Below are positions 60,005 to 64,000 of a DNA stretch of 64,000 bases, one piece after another. How positions within the stretch are numbered: position 1 is the first letter of the stretch; every line of letters begins with the position of its first letter. The DNA lies in NCBI GenBank assembly GCA_021736255.1, contig JAIPGG010000001.1:11506-75505 (forward strand), in the 5' to 3' direction. The notes beneath the pieces are model-generated. The model had not been told where the DNA came from. It worked only from the letters and a program-made list of their open reading frames with translations, and did no database searches. Source of the DNA: Spirochaetales bacterium. GTDB taxonomy: Bacteria; Spirochaetota; Spirochaetia; JAIPGG01. The translations under genes and the position numbers were made by a program.

Positions 60005-62083
60005 GTGAATACCGCTGAAGCGGTTGAACTTTCGGAGGGAATATTTTGGGTAGGTCAGGATCAGGACCTGAACGGGCTCCATTGCAACGCCTATCTTTTA
60101 ACCGAAGGCGAGCAGGGAGTGTTGATCGATCCGGGCTCGAACCTCGACTATAAGGAAGTTCACCGCAAGACTACCGGGATTCTCCCGATCGAAAAGCTGG
60201 AATACATTATACTCCTCCACCAGGATCCGGATGTTGCATCGAGTGTCCCGCGGTTTCAGGAGGCCGGCTTTACCGGGCAGATCGCAACCCACTGGCGGAC
60301 TTCGCTCATAGCAGCGTATTATGGAATTAATCCTCCCTGGTATCTGGTAAACAAAAAAGGATATAAAATAGTATTCGGCGGCAGGGAGGAACTCGACCGC
60401 GGCGCAAACAACACCTATGGGGAAGGAGAATTGTCCGCAGGCCGCGAACTCGAAGTCATTCCCGCCCCTTACCTGCATTTTCCCGGCGCTGTCATGATTT
60501 ACGATTCCCGTTCGAGAATTCTTTTTTCCGGGGATGTTTTCGGTGCAATTTCAAAAGACTGGTCGCTTTTTGCCGATTCGAATTACACCGAAGGTATGCT
60601 CCGCTTCCACCGGGAATATGTGCCTTCGAACGATATAATAAGACCGGTGATGGAGAACTTGCTCGAGAGAAAGATCGATATGATCTGCCCTCAGCATGGA
60701 TCAATCATTTCAGATAATATTCCTGAATATATTCGTGCGCTCAGAGATCTTGAATGCGGAATATATTTGGAACCTGTAAGAAAAGCTCTTTTGGAGGATG
60801 TCGGATATACCCATCTGGTAAATAAGGTTCTCGGCGCTCTCGTCGAAAGCTATGGAGTCGCTTCTGTTCTCGAAACCTTTGCAGATACAGATGTCATGTT
60901 GGATCAGGCGACAGGTATGCTGCAGGATTATGCAGGAGATCTGGAAAATCTCTGGAATGAACTCTTTGAACAGATATACATCTTTCGAGGTATTGACTGG
61001 ATAATGCTGCTCGAGCCGTTGGTTCGTAAAATTGAACACAACTACGGCATACATAAACCTGTTATTTACCAGAATGAACTGTTTCGAACACAACAGCAGA
61101 TGAATGTTTTGCTGAAAGAAAAGCAGCGGCTCGAGGCGATCAATCAAAGCCTGAGGAACAACCTCAATTTTACCCAGGAGGCCATGACCAAGGATTCGGT
61201 CACCGGTCTGTTCAATGAGGATTTTTGTGTCCGCTTTCTGCTGAATATTTTCAATCAAGAACAATGGGATGACTTCTCGGTTCTTTTTTTCCTCATCGAT
61301 GATATGAAACAGATTAACTCTACCTATGGTGAACGCGCCGGCAATGATATCCTGGAAAGTACTGGAGCAGTTTTATTTTACCAGAAGCATGACGATGATA
61401 CCTTGTTTAGGATAAGCGGCCCCGCTTTTGCCCTGGTGACAAGTGTCCGGGATCAGGAAGATCTCCTCGGCTATGCGGAAAAATTCAGGGTAAGTATAGA
61501 GAATGACAGAGGGTTCCTCACAAAGGTTACCGTTTCGGTGGGCATTGTCCGGGTGCAGAATAGTAAATTAGCTGAACAGTCCGCTCCTGAAAGCATGGAG
61601 CAGATTTTTTCCCGGGGGAGGATGTCTCTTCGAAGCGTCCAGCGGGAAGGCGGTAACCGTGTGCTTTTCGATTCCGATATACAGGGCAGGGACGAAGACA
61701 ATGGGCGGGCAGTCATTCTGGAATTCGATCAGTTCCATGCCAGACTGATTCGTGAATCACTCGAAGCACTGTCCATCGAAACTCGAGTGTGCATGAATGG
61801 GCCGGAAGCTGTACAAACAGCACTTGAATTTCATCCGGATGTTATCGTTTCAGAACTTTTTCTATTGGAAAATGATGCCTTTAGTGTTCGTGAAGATCTT
61901 ATGGAATATACGAAGACGAAGGACATCCCCTTTATACTCATTTCTCATCAGAAAAACGAAGCCATGGTTATCCGAGCCCAGAGTCTGGGTATACTTCATT
62001 ATATAAAAAAGCCCTATATGCTCCCCGAACTCTTGGGTTTGATTACCAGTTATGTCCAGCAGGCGTTTCGGCATGAGCCTTGA
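60005..62083 (+). CDS. ODP-like (MBL-fold di-iron) domain + degenerate GGDEF + atypical receiver domain
   Basis: [42 protein letters not shown]...[12 protein letters not shown]...RISGPAF. PDVIVSE...IPFILIS...YIKKP. Confidence 0.85.
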   Translation: MNTAEAVELSEGIFWVGQDQDLNGLHCNAYLLTEGEQGVLIDPGSNLDYKEVHRKTTGILPIEKLEYIILLHQDPDVASSVPRFQEAGFTGQIATHWRTSLIAAYYGINPPWYLVNKKGYKIVFGGREELDRGANNTYGEGELSAGRELEVIPAPYLHFPGAVMIYDSRSRILFSGDVFGAISKDWSLFADSNYTEGMLRFHREYVPSNDIIRPVMENLLERKIDMICPQHGSIISDNIPEYIRALRDLECGIYLEPVRKALLEDVGYTHLVNKVLGALVESYGVASVLETFADTDVMLDQATGMLQDYAGDLENLWNELFEQIYIFRGIDWIMLLEPLVRKIEHNYGIHKPVIYQNELFRTQQQMNVLLKEKQRLEAINQSLRNNLNFTQEAMTKDSVTGLFNEDFCVRFLLNIFNQEQWDDFSVLFFLIDDMKQINSTYGERAGNDILESTGAVLFYQKHDDDTLFRISGPAFALVTSVRDQEDLLGYAEKFRVSIENDRGFLTKVTVSVGIVRVQNSKLAEQSAPESMEQIFSRGRMSLRSVQREGGNRVLFDSDIQGRDEDNGRAVILEFDQFHARLIRESLEALSIETRVCMNGPEAVQTALEFHPDVIVSELFLLENDAFSVREDLMEYTKTKDIPFILISHQKNEAMVIRAQSLGILHYIKKPYMLPELLGLITSYVQQAFRHEP

Positions 62084-64000
62084 TATCTCCTTTATTACTA
62101 ATCTATTGATTGTTTTGCTCGCGATTACGGGGGCAATGATTGGACTTCTCTTCTTTAGCAAGCATCAGTATCGCAGGCGTAACAGGAAGAAAACCAGAAT
62201 GTCCAAACTCATCATAGATGGGGTTCTCAAAGGCGGGGGAGAGACGGGTCTTTTGGACCAGCTCAAGAGAGACCGGAAACTCATGTTCAAACTGCTGAAG
62301 GAAATCGGTGATTCTGTAGAGCTTCCTGCATCGGTCAAAGCAAAGTTGGTAGAGGGACTCAGGGAGCGGAAACTTGAAAAAAGCATGATCGGTCAGCTCG
62401 ATGCAATGATGCCCTTAAAGAGGATACGGGCAGCTATGGGGCTCGGCGTTATCGGAGGAACTGCAGCTGAGGAAGCTATGTACAATCGTTTGACGAAAGA
62501 ACCGAAATGGTTTATTCGGTTGGCGCTGGTGCATTCTTTGGTCAGGCTCGAGTATACACCGGTTATTCCCGTTATCTTTTCTTTTCTTCCGGAAGCCCCT
62601 CACTGGTTCCGGGAGAAAGTCATAGCGGTACTGCCGGTTTTTGGCGAAGAGCTGGAACGTCACCTCAAGTTTATGATCGAGACCGGAGAGGGAAAAAACC
62701 GGGGCTTGCTTTTCGAACTTGCCGATCGATTTCCCTCTGCCGTTTTAAATCAATATCTTCAGGATTCGCTGAACAGTAAATATCCTGTGTTACGCCGACG
62801 TGCTGCGGCAGTTCTCGAAAAAAGTGATCCCAGTGTAATGTACGGTTCCGGATATCTGCACGACAAGGACCTGTTTGTTCGGGTGCATGCGGTAAGAAGC
62901 CTGGCTTCAAAACCCGGCGAAGCCGAGATCGATTTTCTCCTAGGAATCCTGGATTCGGATCAGGCGGAAGAGCGCCGGGCCGCACGGTATTCGCTGGGCT
63001 CGATAATTACCGCCGAGCCGAAGCATCTGGAAAAACTACTCGACAGATTTATGGATACAGGCAAAAGGCTTCTTAAGCAGGAACTTGCCCGGGTATTGGA
63101 AAGCAGGCTGGAATACATCCTCTACCGAGTCAAGACGGACCGTTACTGGACGGTCGTCGAAGTGATAAAGGTGTTGATTCAAATGCGCCGTGTGGCTGTT
63201 TTGTTCGGATTTTTTGAACGGAACCAGGATCTGAGTATAGAAAAGGAATTGATAGAGATAATTCAAGGACTGCTCGAAAAAGACCACCAAGCACAGGAAA
63301 TGTTTTCTCGATACATGCCGGAACACAACTTGAAGCAGCTCGGTCTCGAAAGAAGTCTTCCTGAAAACACTCGCGAAAAGGCTCCGATGAAAAAGCAGAA
63401 CAGGCGACTGCTCGTAGGACTGTTCGTTTTGATCCTCATATCCATGCCCCTCATCTACTTCCTGTCGATGGCTGCTGGTGGAGGTTTGTGGGATTCTTTG
63501 TTTTCCGGAAAAGAGGGAACATTTTCCCTGCTTAAGGACCTTATTCTCGGCTTCCGGGTAGAAGGATTTGTTTCCGGATTCAACTATATCTTTGCTTATT
63601 ATTCTATAGCTTTGAATTCAATCTATTTTCTTCTTTTACTGCTCGCCCTAATTCACCTTTTCAAACAGTTTCGGTACTGGGAAATAAGCAGTCTGAGGTT
63701 CTTGTTTTCCGAAGAATTATTGCCGTCGATCTCTATTCTCGCTCCTGCTTATAACGAAGAACTGAATGTTGTAGATAATGTAAAGTCTCTGCTGAACCTT
63801 CATTACCCGGATGTGGAGGTCATTGTTATCAACGATGGATCCGGAGACGGAACTCTGTCTTCTCTGATCGAAACCTTTGAGCTGGAACGGGTAGACATAG
63901 AACGTCGAAATAGTATTCCAACGGAACCGGTTCGAGGGATTTATCGGAGCAGGTCTTATTCCAATCTTACTGTTATTGACAAAGCCAACGGCGGCAAAGC
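62073..64000 (+). CDS. Membrane-anchored HEAT-repeat / family 2 glycosyltransferase fusion (3'-partial; not in the ORF track)
   Basis: Translated by hand from ATG 62073 with no stop to the window end: TM helix, HEAT-like repeats ([38 protein letters not shown]), TM helices, then [14 protein letters not shown]...LLNLHYP...IVINDGSGD...VIDKANGGK. Confidence 0.88.
   Translation, partial: MSLDISFITNLLIVLLAITGAMIGLLFFSKHQYRRRNRKKTRMSKLIIDGVLKGGGETGLLDQLKRDRKLMFKLLKEIGDSVELPASVKAKLVEGLRERKLEKSMIGQLDAMMPLKRIRAAMGLGVIGGTAAEEAMYNRLTKEPKWFIRLALVHSLVRLEYTPVIPVIFSFLPEAPHWFREKVIAVLPVFGEELERHLKFMIETGEGKNRGLLFELADRFPSAVLNQYLQDSLNSKYPVLRRRAAAVLEKSDPSVMYGSGYLHDKDLFVRVHAVRSLASKPGEAEIDFLLGILDSDQAEERRAARYSLGSIITAEPKHLEKLLDRFMDTGKRLLKQELARVLESRLEYILYRVKTDRYWTVVEVIKVLIQMRRVAVLFGFFERNQDLSIEKELIEIIQGLLEKDHQAQEMFSRYMPEHNLKQLGLERSLPENTREKAPMKKQNRRLLVGLFVLILISMPLIYFLSMAAGGGLWDSLFSGKEGTFSLLKDLILGFRVEGFVSGFNYIFAYYSIALNSIYFLLLLLALIHLFKQFRYWEISSLRFLFSEELLPSISILAPAYNEELNVVDNVKSLLNLHYPDVEVIVINDGSGDGTLSSLIETFELERVDIERRNSIPTEPVRGIYRSRSYSNLTVIDKANGGK

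Noticed and set aside
14020..60450. Shared palindromic element inserted in coding regions (extra loops in Gfo/Idh/MocA, FGGY kinase, ADH, ODP)
   Set aside because: The apparent insertions share no recognisable DNA sequence or hairpin.
60005..60800. FprA/flavodiiron oxygen or NO reductase
   Set aside because: It has HQDPD rather than HxExDH and no flavodoxin domain follows, which fits ODP-like sensors better.

Overview
Chromosomal window from a free-living spirochaete-like bacterium. The taxonomy is inferred from Spirochaetaceae-type signal peptides ('VFAGGQQE', 'VFAEGQQE') and spirochaete-typical DUF genes. It holds about 53 CDS, two tRNAs (Ser-CGA, Ala-CGC) and one probable pseudogene remnant. 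I saw no integrase, transposase or CRISPR array. Main blocks: (i) 1-26.8 kb, mixed housekeeping, signalling and peptidase genes, including a soluble chemoreceptor with a C-terminal solute-binding domain and a radical SAM enzyme carrying a 13x12-bp coding minisatellite. (ii) About 26.9-45.9 kb, an uncharacterised carbohydrate-catabolic locus: tandem class II aldolase, two FGGY kinases, BtpA/SgcQ, DeoR, a CUT2 ABC importer, TPP-dependent E1alpha/beta plus a free lipoyl domain with no E2 core or E3, DhaK/DhaL and an aldo-keto reductase. (iii) An OpuA/ProU glycine-betaine importer divergent from a CosR/EctR-like MarR regulator. (iv) 52.7-64 kb, signalling genes ending in an operon of a YaiO-like beta-barrel, an ODP-like di-iron/degenerate GGDEF/pseudo-REC protein and a HEAT-repeat-GT2 fusion (absent from the ORF track, runs off the window). 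This last operon is a candidate oxygen/iron-gated exopolysaccharide system. About a dozen genes have a sigma70 -10 box 5-9 nt before the start codon and no Shine-Dalgarno, suggesting widespread leaderless or near-leaderless mRNAs. All family calls come from motif recognition by eye; no searches were run.
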